Below are positions 1 through 8,630 of a stretch of 64,000 nucleotides of DNA, in pieces. A program made the translations under genes and the position numbers. Within the stretch, counting starts at the first letter, position 1, and every line of letters starts with the position of its first letter. The DNA is from Acidobacteriota bacterium (GTDB lineage: Bacteria; Acidobacteriota; Vicinamibacteria; Vicinamibacterales; UBA2999), in contig JADZCN010000020.1 of the NCBI GenBank assembly GCA_020851565.1, positions 2,187-66,186 of the forward strand, given 5' to 3'. The notes under the pieces are model-generated. The model worked only from the letters and a program-made list of their open reading frames with translations. It made no database searches and was not told the origin of the DNA.

Positions 1-2
1 AG

Positions 3-284
3 CTCTCGGCGTTCCCGCGGACGACACTCCTGGAATGGCAGGCCGTGCCCGGGGCGGCGTCGTACACGGTCGAGGTGGATTTCTGCAACGGGCGGAGCCC
101 GACGCGGGAGTGCACCGACCCGTACCCGCTGCATCGTGATCCACCAATGGCCGGCATCACCGCGACGAGCTACACGTTTACCTTCATCGGTGCCCAGCCC
201 GGGCGGTGGCGGGTGTTCGCGGTGGACAGCCTGGGCCGGCCGGGCTTCAAGAGCCCGTGGCGCGTCTTCGTCCACGAGCGCTGA
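3..284 (+). CDS. hypothetical protein, C-terminal fragment (gene starts upstream of window)
   Basis: Frame is open from base 3 (no stop before the listed GTG at 45). LEWQAVPGAASYTVEV...SYTFTF looks like an FN3/Ig-like beta-sandwich module. Stop TGA 282-284. Confidence 0.5.
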   Translation, partial: LSAFPRTTLLEWQAVPGAASYTVEVDFCNGRSPTRECTDPYPLHRDPPMAGITATSYTFTFIGAQPGRWRVFAVDSLGRPGFKSPWRVFVHER

Positions 285-298
285 CGGCAGGGAATCCC

Positions 299-787
299 CT
301 ACTCGCGCAGGATGGCCTCGGCCTCGGGCGCGCCCATCGCGTGGGCGATGCTGGCGGCGTCCAGCCCCGCGGCGTCGCGGGCATCGCGCCGCGCACCCCG
401 CGCCAGCAGCAGCCTCACCATCTCGGCTCGATTGAAGGCGGCCGCCATCATCAAGGGCGTCCGCCCGTCGGGCCCGGCCGCATCGATAGCGGCGCCGGCA
501 TCGAGCAGCATCGTCGCCACCTCAGTCAGCCCCTTGTACGCCACGCCGGCCAGCGGGGCCTGCCCGTTGGCATCGCGCTGGTCCGGGTCCGCCCCGCGGT
601 CCAGGAGCAGCCGGACGCATGGCGCATGGCCGTGATAGGCGGCCAGCAGGAGTAACGAGTCGCCCCGCGCCGTGGTGAACGCGACCGGCACGCCCCCATC
701 CAACGCCCGCGCCAGCGCCTCGGCATCGCCCGATCGGGTGCTCTGGATGGCCAGTTCGAGAAGGTTGGCAGGGGGCGGGGTGTCCAT
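299..787 (-). CDS. ankyrin repeat protein
   Basis: ANK-like repeats (GDSLLLLAAYHGHAPCVRLLLDRGADPDQRD; DGRTPLMMAAAFNRAEMVRLLLARGA). Start trimmed to ATG 787 (MDTPPPANLL), because the upstream part of the 293-aa ORF runs into the divergent promoter/repeat gap. Confidence 0.8.
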   Translation of the reverse strand: MDTPPPANLLELAIQSTRSGDAEALARALDGGVPVAFTTARGDSLLLLAAYHGHAPCVRLLLDRGADPDQRDANGQAPLAGVAYKGLTEVATMLLDAGAAIDAAGPDGRTPLMMAAAFNRAEMVRLLLARGARRDARDAAGLDAASIAHAMGAPEAEAILRE

Positions 788-867
788 TGGCGATTGGAGA
801 TTGATGATGGGGCGATTCAATGGGTGATTGTGGATTGAGGCATTGGGGAATTCAATTGGGCATTGGG
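788..867. repeat. GATTG/CATTGG-rich degenerate array (solitary arm of the 49.3-kb inverted-repeat family)
   Basis: cattggcgattggagattgatgatggggcgattcaatgggtgattgtggattgaggcattggggaattcaattgggcattggg. Low-GC island in the divergent gap, same word family as both arms of 49269-49545. Confidence 0.8.
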
Positions 868-956
868 CCATCGAACTGATGGACTGGCCGCTCCGGGCGT
901 AGTAGACTCTTGAGGCTTCCGTTGCACGGCTACCGTCTCCGCGGGGCAGACAAGCC

Positions 957-1838
957 ATGAATTTCCGTGTCCTTCTGGCACTGGCGGCCGTGCTCGTCTC
1001 GACGGCCCAGTGGTCGTCCGCGCAGGATCTCCCCACCCCGGGTGACTCGGCGGCTCCAGCCGCAGCCCCCACCACCACGCTCAATCCAGCACCGGCGCAG
1101 GATGCCACAGAACCGGGCGACCAGTCGCCAGCCCCGGTCGTACCCTCGGTGATCCCGGCGTCTCCGGGTGGCGGCGTCACGTTCGGGGCTCCTCAACCCG
1201 CCAACCCTTTCACCTCCGTCGCGCGCGACCTGAAGCGGTTCTTCTCACGGGACACCGCCGCGGTGATGGGCATCTTCGGACCGGCGGCGAGCACCGCGTA
1301 TCCGTGGGATCAGTCCGGCGTGCACGAGTCGCAGGAGCACCTGTCGAAGCGAGCCTTCGAGCCGGGTAACATCGCCGGGAGCTTCCTGGTCCAGACGGGC
1401 GCGGCGCTCGGCACGTGGGCCATCGGCAAGGCGTCCGGACACCAGAAGATCACCGCGGTCGGCAGCGACCTGTTCCGCGCGCAGATCGTGTCGCAGGCCG
1501 TTGTGCAGGCCGGAAAGATGGCGACGGGACGCGCGCGCCCTGACGGCAGCGATGGCCGGGCATTCCCGTCGGGCCACACGGCCAGCGCGTTCGCCATGGC
1601 CTCGGTGCTCGATCGCCACTTCGGGAAGAGGGCCGCTATTCCGAGCTACGCCTTTGCCACCTACGTGGCGCTGGCGCGTCTCTCCGCCAACAAGCACCAC
1701 ATCAGCGACGTCCTCGTCGGCGCCGGCATCGGCATCGCCGCCGGGCGCACGGTCACGATGGGCCTCGCCGGCGCGAAGTTCGACATGGGCGTCGCGCCAA
1801 CGCAGGGCGGCGCGGCCGTCAACTTCACCAGGCGCTGA
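957..1838 (+). CDS. PAP2 family phosphatase, exported
   Basis: Signal peptide MNFRVLLALAAVLVSTAQWSSA. PAP2 motifs PSGH (FPSGHTASAF) and SANKHHISDV. Confidence 0.85.
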   Translation: MNFRVLLALAAVLVSTAQWSSAQDLPTPGDSAAPAAAPTTTLNPAPAQDATEPGDQSPAPVVPSVIPASPGGGVTFGAPQPANPFTSVARDLKRFFSRDTAAVMGIFGPAASTAYPWDQSGVHESQEHLSKRAFEPGNIAGSFLVQTGAALGTWAIGKASGHQKITAVGSDLFRAQIVSQAVVQAGKMATGRARPDGSDGRAFPSGHTASAFAMASVLDRHFGKRAAIPSYAFATYVALARLSANKHHISDVLVGAGIGIAAGRTVTMGLAGAKFDMGVAPTQGGAAVNFTRR

Positions 1839-1850
1839 GAGAAAAGGAAC

Positions 1851-1884
1851 CACGAAGACTCGAAGAATCGCGAAGGGCACGAGG
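1851..1884. repeat. CACGAAG(A)-type short tandem array
   Basis: cacgaagactcgaagaatcgcgaagggcacgagg between convergent genes. Same word as 22978-22994 and 55144-55188. Confidence 0.7.
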
Positions 1885-1898
1885 AATTTGTTGGACGC

Positions 1899-3605
1899 CT
1901 ACTCGGCGATCGACTTCCAGCTCCGCACCAGGTGATCCGCAGTGCGCCAGGCCAGCGCCTGCAGGGTCAGCGTGGGATTGTGCGCGCCGCTCGTACCCAT
2001 GACGCTGCCGCCAAGGATGCCAAGGTTGGGCACCTCGTGTGAGAACCCCCACCGGTCGACGACGTTCGTCTCAGGGTTGTCGCCCATCCGCGTGCCGCCA
2101 TACGCATGCGTGTTCGGCCCCATTGTTCCCAGCGGCCCGCGGACGATGTCGATGGCGCCGGCGGCGCGGTACCAGGCCTCCATCTTGTCCTGGATGAAGG
2201 CGGCGATGCGGCGCTCGTTGTCGCGGTAGTCCGCCGTGATGCGCAACACCGGAAAGCCCAGCGGATCCCTCACCTCCGGATCGAGGTCCAGGTAGTTGGC
2301 CTCGTACGGCAGGGTGGTCTTCTGCAGGTAGGCGGTGTTGGCCCTGTCGGCGCTCTGGCGGATGAAGGCCTTCCACTGCGCGCCCCAGCCGGGCGCCCGC
2401 CCGAACGTGTTCATGTTGGCGGCCTGGATGGGCCGGCGATCCGAGTAGATCCAGAGGTTGCCGCCGCCGATGAAGTCCAGCCCCGCGTGATCGAAGTTGT
2501 CGTCCGCCCAGTCGTCGACGGCCACGCCCTGGGCGGGCAGCCCGTACCAGGTGTTCAGGTCGAACGGGAAGAGCGCGGTCACCGAGGCGCCGGTGGCGTG
2601 CGACAGATAGTGACGCCCCACCTGCCCGTGATTGTTCGAAAGGCCGTCCGGAAACGCCTTCGACTTCGAGAGCAGCAGCAGCCGCACGTTCTCGTAGACA
2701 TACGCGCCCAGCAGGACGACGCGGGCCGGCTGCACGAACTCCTGGCCATCGGTGACATAGCGCACGCCGGACACGCGCCCGCGCGCGTCCACGTCGATGG
2801 TCGTGACGTGCGCGCGCGTGACCACGCGGAAGCGGCCGGTCTTCTGCGCGCGCGGGATGGTCGTGACGTTGGTGCCGTTCTTGGCGTCCACATGGCACCC
2901 GCCGCGGTTGCAGTAGCCGTGGTACATGCACGGCGATCGGTCCTGGAACGTGCGCGAGTTGATCTGTGCCGGGCCCGGGAAGGGCCGCCATCCCAGGCCG
3001 CGCGCGGCGGCGGCCATGAGGTCGGTGAAGCCGGTGCCCCGGAGCGGCGGCATCGGGTACTCGCGTTGGCGCGGCCCCTCGAACACATTGCCGCGAAGGT
3101 CGAGTTCCCCCTTCAGGTTGCCCGCCTTGCCGGAGACGCCCGTCTCCCACTCGACCTTATCGTAGTAGGGCTCGAGCTCCTCGTAGCCGAACGGCCAATC
3201 CTCCACGGTGGACTCGGCGGGAATCCGCGCCCGCCCGTAGCGGCGCGTGGTCTCGCTGACCACCTTGAAGTCCCACGGATTCAGGCGCCAGCTCTGCGCC
3301 CAGTAGTGCAGCGTGGTCCCGCCTACGCCGTTCATCATCGGGTGGCTCGCCGCGCGCGTGGTTGGCGCGCTGGCGTTCGCGCGGTGCGTGGGCACCTCGT
3401 GGTTGGCCTTCTGCACGGCCTGCGGCCAGTCACGCACGTTGTTGCGGATCTCGTCGGGCGCGAAGTCGCGCCGCGTGAGCCAGGTGCCCGCCTCGAGCCC
3501 GACCACCTCGAGCCCGGCCTCGGCAAGCGGCAGGCACGCGATGCCGCCGGCGGCGCCCAGGCCGATGATGACGACGTCCGCGCCCTTCAGCGTCTGGGCC
3601 ATCAC
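1899..3605 (-). CDS. GMC family FAD-dependent oxidoreductase (gluconate 2-dehydrogenase flavoprotein-like)
   Basis: N-terminal FAD motif DVVIIGLGAAGG, 568 aa. GTG 3605 / ATG 3602 start overlaps the stop of the upstream small subunit gene. Confidence 0.9.
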   Translation of the reverse strand: MMAQTLKGADVVIIGLGAAGGIACLPLAEAGLEVVGLEAGTWLTRRDFAPDEIRNNVRDWPQAVQKANHEVPTHRANASAPTTRAASHPMMNGVGGTTLHYWAQSWRLNPWDFKVVSETTRRYGRARIPAESTVEDWPFGYEELEPYYDKVEWETGVSGKAGNLKGELDLRGNVFEGPRQREYPMPPLRGTGFTDLMAAAARGLGWRPFPGPAQINSRTFQDRSPCMYHGYCNRGGCHVDAKNGTNVTTIPRAQKTGRFRVVTRAHVTTIDVDARGRVSGVRYVTDGQEFVQPARVVLLGAYVYENVRLLLLSKSKAFPDGLSNNHGQVGRHYLSHATGASVTALFPFDLNTWYGLPAQGVAVDDWADDNFDHAGLDFIGGGNLWIYSDRRPIQAANMNTFGRAPGWGAQWKAFIRQSADRANTAYLQKTTLPYEANYLDLDPEVRDPLGFPVLRITADYRDNERRIAAFIQDKMEAWYRAAGAIDIVRGPLGTMGPNTHAYGGTRMGDNPETNVVDRWGFSHEVPNLGILGGSVMGTSGAHNPTLTLQALAWRTADHLVRSWKSIAE

Positions 3606-4270
3606 GCCTTGTTGAACAAGTCGGTGTCGTAGGCGGAGCGGCGCAGCGGAACCGGCCTTGCGCCGAGGCGCTGGTCATCCGGAGTCACGGCCGTCCTCAC
3701 GCCGGGATACCCGAGCATCGCCCATCCGACGAAGCCCTGGTTGCCACCGTAGTACGGGTCGCCAAAGGTGCCCTGCCACGTGTGGGCCTTGAGCATCGCG
3801 AAGAAGGCGGCGGAGCTGCCGTCGAATCCGGCGCCGGACGCGGTGGCGCCGCCGGTCTCGACGTCGATGAGCAGCGAGTCCTGGTCCGTGGGGGACAGCT
3901 CGCGGAACGGCTGCCCGCGCGAGAGCGTCGCGTACCGTTCGAGCGCCGCCAGGCCGCGGCGATACGCCTCGCGCGAAGAGGAGAGCGGCCCGGCGAGCGA
4001 TCGGTCGATGTAGGTGACGGCGCCGGCTTCCACCGCGCCGGGTCCGCTCGGGTCGGAGGGGATCAGGCGCGCCACGATGGCGGTGAGCAGATCCGCCTCG
4101 TCGGCGGTCAGCGCCTCGAGGGGTCGGCGCGGGGAGGACTGTTCGTGGAGCGACTCCGGGTGCGCCGCCGGTGCGGCGCCAGCGGGCAGCGCCGCGCGCT
4201 CGGCTCCCGCGGTGGCTGCGCCGGCAGCCGCCGCGCCTGCCACTTTCAGCAGATCGCGCCGCGAGATCAT
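3602..4270 (-). CDS. gluconate 2-dehydrogenase subunit 3 family protein (Tat signal)
   Basis: Start trimmed to MISRRDLLKVAGAAAAGAA (twin-arginine signal), 222 aa. Overlaps both neighbours by 1-4 nt, indicating an operon. Confidence 0.8.
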   Translation of the reverse strand: MISRRDLLKVAGAAAAGAATAGAERAALPAGAAPAAHPESLHEQSSPRRPLEALTADEADLLTAIVARLIPSDPSGPGAVEAGAVTYIDRSLAGPLSSSREAYRRGLAALERYATLSRGQPFRELSPTDQDSLLIDVETGGATASGAGFDGSSAAFFAMLKAHTWQGTFGDPYYGGNQGFVGWAMLGYPGVRTAVTPDDQRLGARPVPLRRSAYDTDLFNKA

Positions 4271-4839
4271 GGCTGTGGCGCAGGCTTGCGCTCGTAGATG
4301 GCGACGAGCTCGCCCTCTCCCACGATGTGGCCCTGGATGGCCTCGAGCAGCTCCCGTTTGGTGAGCCCGGGCTTCAGGTCGAGCACGGCATCGATCGCGT
4401 ACACCCTGAAGTGGTAGTGGTGCGGCTTGCCGGGCGGCGGCGCGGGGCCACGATAGATGGGACGACGGAAGCCCGAGGTGCCCTGAACGGCGCCCGCGAT
4501 CTCCGCGGGCATCGGTGTCGCCGGATCGATGGGGATGTTCTCGGGTAGCCCGGTGGCGGTGCCGGGGATCTTGTAGATGACCCAGTGCACGAACGGCTGC
4601 GGCATCGGCACGTCGGGGTCGTCGCAGATGACGGCGAACTCCCTGGTGGACGCCGGCGCGCCGGACCACTGCAGCGGCGGCGAGATGTTGCGGCCGTCCG
4701 CGGTGTAGTCCCTGGGGATCGTCTCCCCAGCCTTGATGGCGGGGCTGGTGACGATGAGCGATTGCGGTGCCCGGGCCTCCCCCGCGAGGACGACGGCGAG
4801 GGTTCCCACGACGACAAGCAGCAGGTGCCGCCGGTTCAT
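4267..4839 (-). CDS. YbhB/YbcL family Raf-kinase-inhibitor-like (PEBP) protein, exported
   Basis: Signal peptide MNRRHLLLVVVGTLAVVLAG. PEBP motifs DPDVP, HWVIY, GPAPPPGKPHHYHFRVYAID. Confidence 0.85.
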   Translation of the reverse strand: MNRRHLLLVVVGTLAVVLAGEARAPQSLIVTSPAIKAGETIPRDYTADGRNISPPLQWSGAPASTREFAVICDDPDVPMPQPFVHWVIYKIPGTATGLPENIPIDPATPMPAEIAGAVQGTSGFRRPIYRGPAPPPGKPHHYHFRVYAIDAVLDLKPGLTKRELLEAIQGHIVGEGELVAIYERKPAPQP

Positions 4840-4871
4840 GCGGCAGAGTATAGCGGTACAATCCGGTTGTC

Positions 4872-5675
4872 TTGCCCGTCGGCGTGCCGTCTCCCCTCCC
4901 ACCCAGCCTGGTCTTCATCGGCCATCCCGGTCACGAGTTGCGAATCCTCGGATGGATCGCGGCCGTGCGGCCCGTGGTGTCGGTGTTGACGGATGGGTCC
5001 GGAAGCACCGGGGATGGCCGCCTCGACGTCACGAATACGACGATTGAGGCGGCAGGGGGGTGCCCGCAGCCCCCGTTTGGGCCGCTCACCGATGCCGCCG
5101 TCTACGAGGCCCTCCTCACCGGCGGGTTCGATACCCTGACCGACATTGCCGCCACGCTGGCCTCGACCATCGTCGAGCGTCGGATCGAACGCGTGGTGGC
5201 CGATGCCATCGAGGGTTACAACCCCACCCATGACGCCTGCCAGCTCCTGGCGCAGGCGGCCGTGCAGGCCGCGTGCCGGCGGGGACAGCGGGCGACGGTC
5301 TTCGAATTCGAGGTCGTAGAGGCATCGCAGCGCACCGATGAGCGAGACGATGTGCTCCTGCTGGAGCTGGATGATGCCGGGCTCGATCGGAAGCTGGCGC
5401 TGGCGACCGCGTATGCCCGGCAGGCGGGCCAGGTCCTCGAACAGGAAGTGACCGGAATGATTGCCCGGCACGGTCCCGAGGCGTTCCGCCGGGAGCGCCT
5501 GGTGCCGGCATCCACCGCGTCGCTCGCGTCGCGGTTCGGCGGCGAGGCGCCGTTCTACGAGACCCACGGCGAGCGACGCGTTCGCGAGGGCAAGTACTCC
5601 CGCGCGCTCCGGCTGCACGAGCACCTCGTGCCGTTCGAGCGATGCCTGCGCGACTGGGTGATGTCCGCCTCGTGA
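4872..5675 (+). CDS. hypothetical protein, possible degenerate PIG-L/LmbE-like deacetylase fold
   Basis: LVFIGHPGHELRILGW...VSVLTDGSGS and EGYNPTHD resemble PIG-L motifs (AHPDDE, HPDH) in degenerate form. TTG 4872 or GTG 4884 start lies just after a TACAAT box (4857-4862). Confidence 0.5.
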   Translation: MPVGVPSPLPPSLVFIGHPGHELRILGWIAAVRPVVSVLTDGSGSTGDGRLDVTNTTIEAAGGCPQPPFGPLTDAAVYEALLTGGFDTLTDIAATLASTIVERRIERVVADAIEGYNPTHDACQLLAQAAVQAACRRGQRATVFEFEVVEASQRTDERDDVLLLELDDAGLDRKLALATAYARQAGQVLEQEVTGMIARHGPEAFRRERLVPASTASLASRFGGEAPFYETHGERRVREGKYSRALRLHEHLVPFERCLRDWVMSAS

Positions 5676-7207
5676 CCAGCAACGCCCGTGGACTCACCGT
5701 ACTGCTGACCAACCTGATCCTGGCGGGACGTTCCGGCACGGAGTTGGTCGTTCGTAACCTCGCGCGCGCGCTCGTCGGCCTCGGTCACCACCCCATCGTG
5801 TACGCGGGTCGGCTCGGTGGAATTGCCGACGAGGTGCGCGGGGCCGGCGTCCCGGTCGTCAGCGACATCCGGGCACTTCGCGGGCCGGTCGATGTCATTC
5901 ACGGGCATCACCTGCCAACGACCGTCGCAGCCCTGGCCCTCTTCCCCCACGTGCCGGCGCTCTTCGTGTGCCACGACTTCGTCGCGTGGCACGACAGCCC
6001 TCCGCTGTTCCCGTCGGTGCGCCGCTTCGTGGCCGTGGACGACACGGTGGCCGAGCGCCTGCGGGACGCCGGCGTGCCGCCGGCCCGGCTGCGTGTCATC
6101 CTGAACCAGCCCGACCTCGGCCGCTTCATGGCGGGCACGGGCCTTCCCGAGCGACCGCGTCGAGCGCTGGCATTCGCGAAGAACGAGGGGCATCTGGAGG
6201 CCATCCAGGCCGCCTGCGGCACGCGCGGGATTGCGCTCGACATCGTGGGCCCCGCGGTGCAGAGGCCGCTCGACGCTCCTGAGCAGGTGCTGCCGCGCTA
6301 CGATCTCGTCTTCGCCTCGGCGCTGACGGCCATGGAGGCGATGGCGTGCGGGCGCGGCGTCGTGGTCTGCGACGGCCGGGGACTCGCGGGGTGGGTGTCT
6401 CCTTCGCGCTTCGACGAATGGCGGCGGCGGAACTTCGGGCTGCGCACCTTCGGTCGCGCGCTGACCCCCGACGGAATCGGGGAAGAGATCGACCGGTTTT
6501 CCCCGGCGGAGGCATGGTACGCACAGGAACGCCTCCGCGCCGAGGGAGGCGTCCAACACCAGGCCGAGGCGTTCATCGCGCTCTACCGGGAGATGCTGGC
6601 CGAACCTGGCGGTGACCGCGACGAGGCCGCGTTCAGGGTGGCGATGGCCGCCTACGTCCAGGAATGGTCGCCGGCCGCCCGCGAGCCCGGCGCATGGCTG
6701 CGCGAGCGTGCCGACCTGCTCGAGCGGATCGAGATGCTCGCCACCGCCAGCGAGCGATGCGCCTGGGGCACCACCTACGCGCTGAACGATCCGGCGTCCG
6801 ACCCGTTCGTCCGGCCGCTCCAGGGCTTCTCGTTCCGGGAATCGGCCGGCCGTTGGACCGACGGTCCGAGCGCGCTGCTGAGCGCGCGGGCGCCCGGCAG
6901 CGGCCGCCCGGCGGCGCTGCGGCTTCGCTTCCAGCCGTTCCTCGCCGCCTCCCACCAGACCCAGCACGTGATGGTGGACGTGAACGGTCTCGATCTGGGG
7001 AACTGGATCTTCAGTTACCAGCCCGATGCCGGAACCGTGGAGGTGACCGTCGCGATCCCCGCAGACCGCATCCCGGACGATGGGCGATTGTGGGTGCGGA
7101 TTCGCCTGCCCGATGCCGTGGCTCCGGCCGCGATTGGCGCGGGCCCCGACCCACGGCAGCTGGGCGTCAACATGATGGACGTACGTCTGGATCCCGCCGC
7201 CTCCTGA
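5642..7207 (+). CDS. glycosyltransferase family 4-like protein with ~200-aa C-terminal extension
   Basis: GT-B/GT4-like LTVLLTNLILAGRSGTELVVRNLARALVGLGHHP and SALTAMEAMACGRGVVV. Alternative GTG start at 5672 gives a GTGA overlap with the upstream stop. Confidence 0.7.
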   Translation: MPARLGDVRLVTSNARGLTVLLTNLILAGRSGTELVVRNLARALVGLGHHPIVYAGRLGGIADEVRGAGVPVVSDIRALRGPVDVIHGHHLPTTVAALALFPHVPALFVCHDFVAWHDSPPLFPSVRRFVAVDDTVAERLRDAGVPPARLRVILNQPDLGRFMAGTGLPERPRRALAFAKNEGHLEAIQAACGTRGIALDIVGPAVQRPLDAPEQVLPRYDLVFASALTAMEAMACGRGVVVCDGRGLAGWVSPSRFDEWRRRNFGLRTFGRALTPDGIGEEIDRFSPAEAWYAQERLRAEGGVQHQAEAFIALYREMLAEPGGDRDEAAFRVAMAAYVQEWSPAAREPGAWLRERADLLERIEMLATASERCAWGTTYALNDPASDPFVRPLQGFSFRESAGRWTDGPSALLSARAPGSGRPAALRLRFQPFLAASHQTQHVMVDVNGLDLGNWIFSYQPDAGTVEVTVAIPADRIPDDGRLWVRIRLPDAVAPAAIGAGPDPRQLGVNMMDVRLDPAAS

Positions 7208-7233
7208 GAGCCGATCTGGGAACCCGCCTCCAC

Positions 7234-7253
7234 GGGCCCGACTTCGCGGGCCC
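7234..7253. terminator. GC hairpin between convergent genes
   Basis: GGGCCCG-acttcg-CGGGCCC, a 7-bp stem directly between the stop codons at 7207 and 7254. No clear U-tract. Confidence 0.4.
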
Positions 7254-8630
7254 TCAGAGCGCGATGGAGATGAACTTCAGGTCGAGGTACTCCTCGATGC
7301 CCCACTTGCCGCCCTCGCGGCCCACGCCCGACATCTTGACGCCGCCAAACGGCGCCTGCGCCGCGGAGGGCAGGCCGTCGTTGACGCCGACGATGCCGTA
7401 GTCGAGCGCTTCGGCGACGCGGAACGCGCGGGAGAGATCCCGGGTCCAGAGGTAGGCGGCCAGCCCAAACGGCGTGTCGTTCGCCTGCCGCACCGCGTCC
7501 TCGTCCTCGGAGAAGCGGATGATGGGTGCGACCGGTCCGAAGGTCTCTTCCTCGAGGATGCGCATGCCGCGCGAGACGCCGGTCAGCACCGTGGGCTGGA
7601 AGTGCAAGCCTTCCCCGCCCTTGCCGCCGACGACGGCCCGCGCGCCGCGGGCGAGGGCATCGTCCACATGGGCGCGTACCTTCTCATGGCCCTGCGCGTC
7701 CACGAGCGGCCCCACCTGGGTGGCCTCATCCAGCGGATCGCCCACGCGCAACGCGGAGACGACAGCCGAGAAGCGCTCGACGAACGCGTCGTGCACCGCA
7801 TCGTGCACGTAGATGCGATTGGCGCAGACGCACGTCTGGCCGGCGTTGCGGAACTTGGACGCGGCGACCTCGGACACCGCGCGATCGACGTCCGCGTCCG
7901 CGAAGATCAGGAACGGCGCGTGCCCGCCCAGCTCCAGCGACACGCGCTTCATCGTCTTCGCGGACTGCGCGGCCAGCTTGACGCCCACCTCGGTGCTGCC
8001 GGTGAAGCTCAACTTGCGGATGGCGGGGTCGTCGAAGAAGACGCCGGAGAGCGCCACCGGATCCGAGGTCGGCAGCACCTGGAAGACGTCGGCGGGGCCG
8101 CCGGCCTCGACCCACAGCTCGGCCAGGCGAATGGCGGTGAGCGGCGACTGCTCCGCCGGCTTGAGGATGACGCTGCACCCGGCCGCCAGGGCTGGCGCCG
8201 CCTTGCGCGTGATCATCGCTGCCGGGAAGTTCCAGGGCGTGATCGCGTAGACGGGCCCGACCGGCTGCGGCTGCACGAGGATGCGCTTATGGGCCGCCTG
8301 GCTGGGCACGGTCTCGCCGTACACGCGCTTGGCTTCCTCGGCGTACCACTCCACGAACGAGACCGCGTAGCGCACCTCGCCGCGGGCCTCGGTGACGGGC
8401 TTGCCCATCTCCTGCGCCATGAGGCGCGCGAGATCCGCGTCGCTCGCCAGCATCCGCGTGGCCCATGCCCTGAGTATGGCTGACCGCTCGTAGGCGGTCG
8501 TGCGGCGCCAGGTCTCGAACGCCGTCACGGCCTTCGCAATCGCCGCCTTCGCCTCTGCCGGACCGTTGTCCGGGGCATCCGCCACTGACCGCCCCGTCGC
8601 CGGGCTCATCACTGCAAACGTCGCACTCAT
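7254..8630 (-). CDS. gabD: NAD(P)-dependent aldehyde dehydrogenase, succinate-semialdehyde dehydrogenase-like
   Basis: ALDH catalytic motifs LELGGHAP and GQTCVCANRIYV, 458 aa from ATG 8630 (MSATFAVMSP). ATGA overlap with the upstream decarboxylase stop. The rest of the 797-aa listed ORF is a shadow extension. Confidence 0.8.
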   Translation of the reverse strand: MSATFAVMSPATGRSVADAPDNGPAEAKAAIAKAVTAFETWRRTTAYERSAILRAWATRMLASDADLARLMAQEMGKPVTEARGEVRYAVSFVEWYAEEAKRVYGETVPSQAAHKRILVQPQPVGPVYAITPWNFPAAMITRKAAPALAAGCSVILKPAEQSPLTAIRLAELWVEAGGPADVFQVLPTSDPVALSGVFFDDPAIRKLSFTGSTEVGVKLAAQSAKTMKRVSLELGGHAPFLIFADADVDRAVSEVAASKFRNAGQTCVCANRIYVHDAVHDAFVERFSAVVSALRVGDPLDEATQVGPLVDAQGHEKVRAHVDDALARGARAVVGGKGGEGLHFQPTVLTGVSRGMRILEEETFGPVAPIIRFSEDEDAVRQANDTPFGLAAYLWTRDLSRAFRVAEALDYGIVGVNDGLPSAAQAPFGGVKMSGVGREGGKWGIEEYLDLKFISIAL

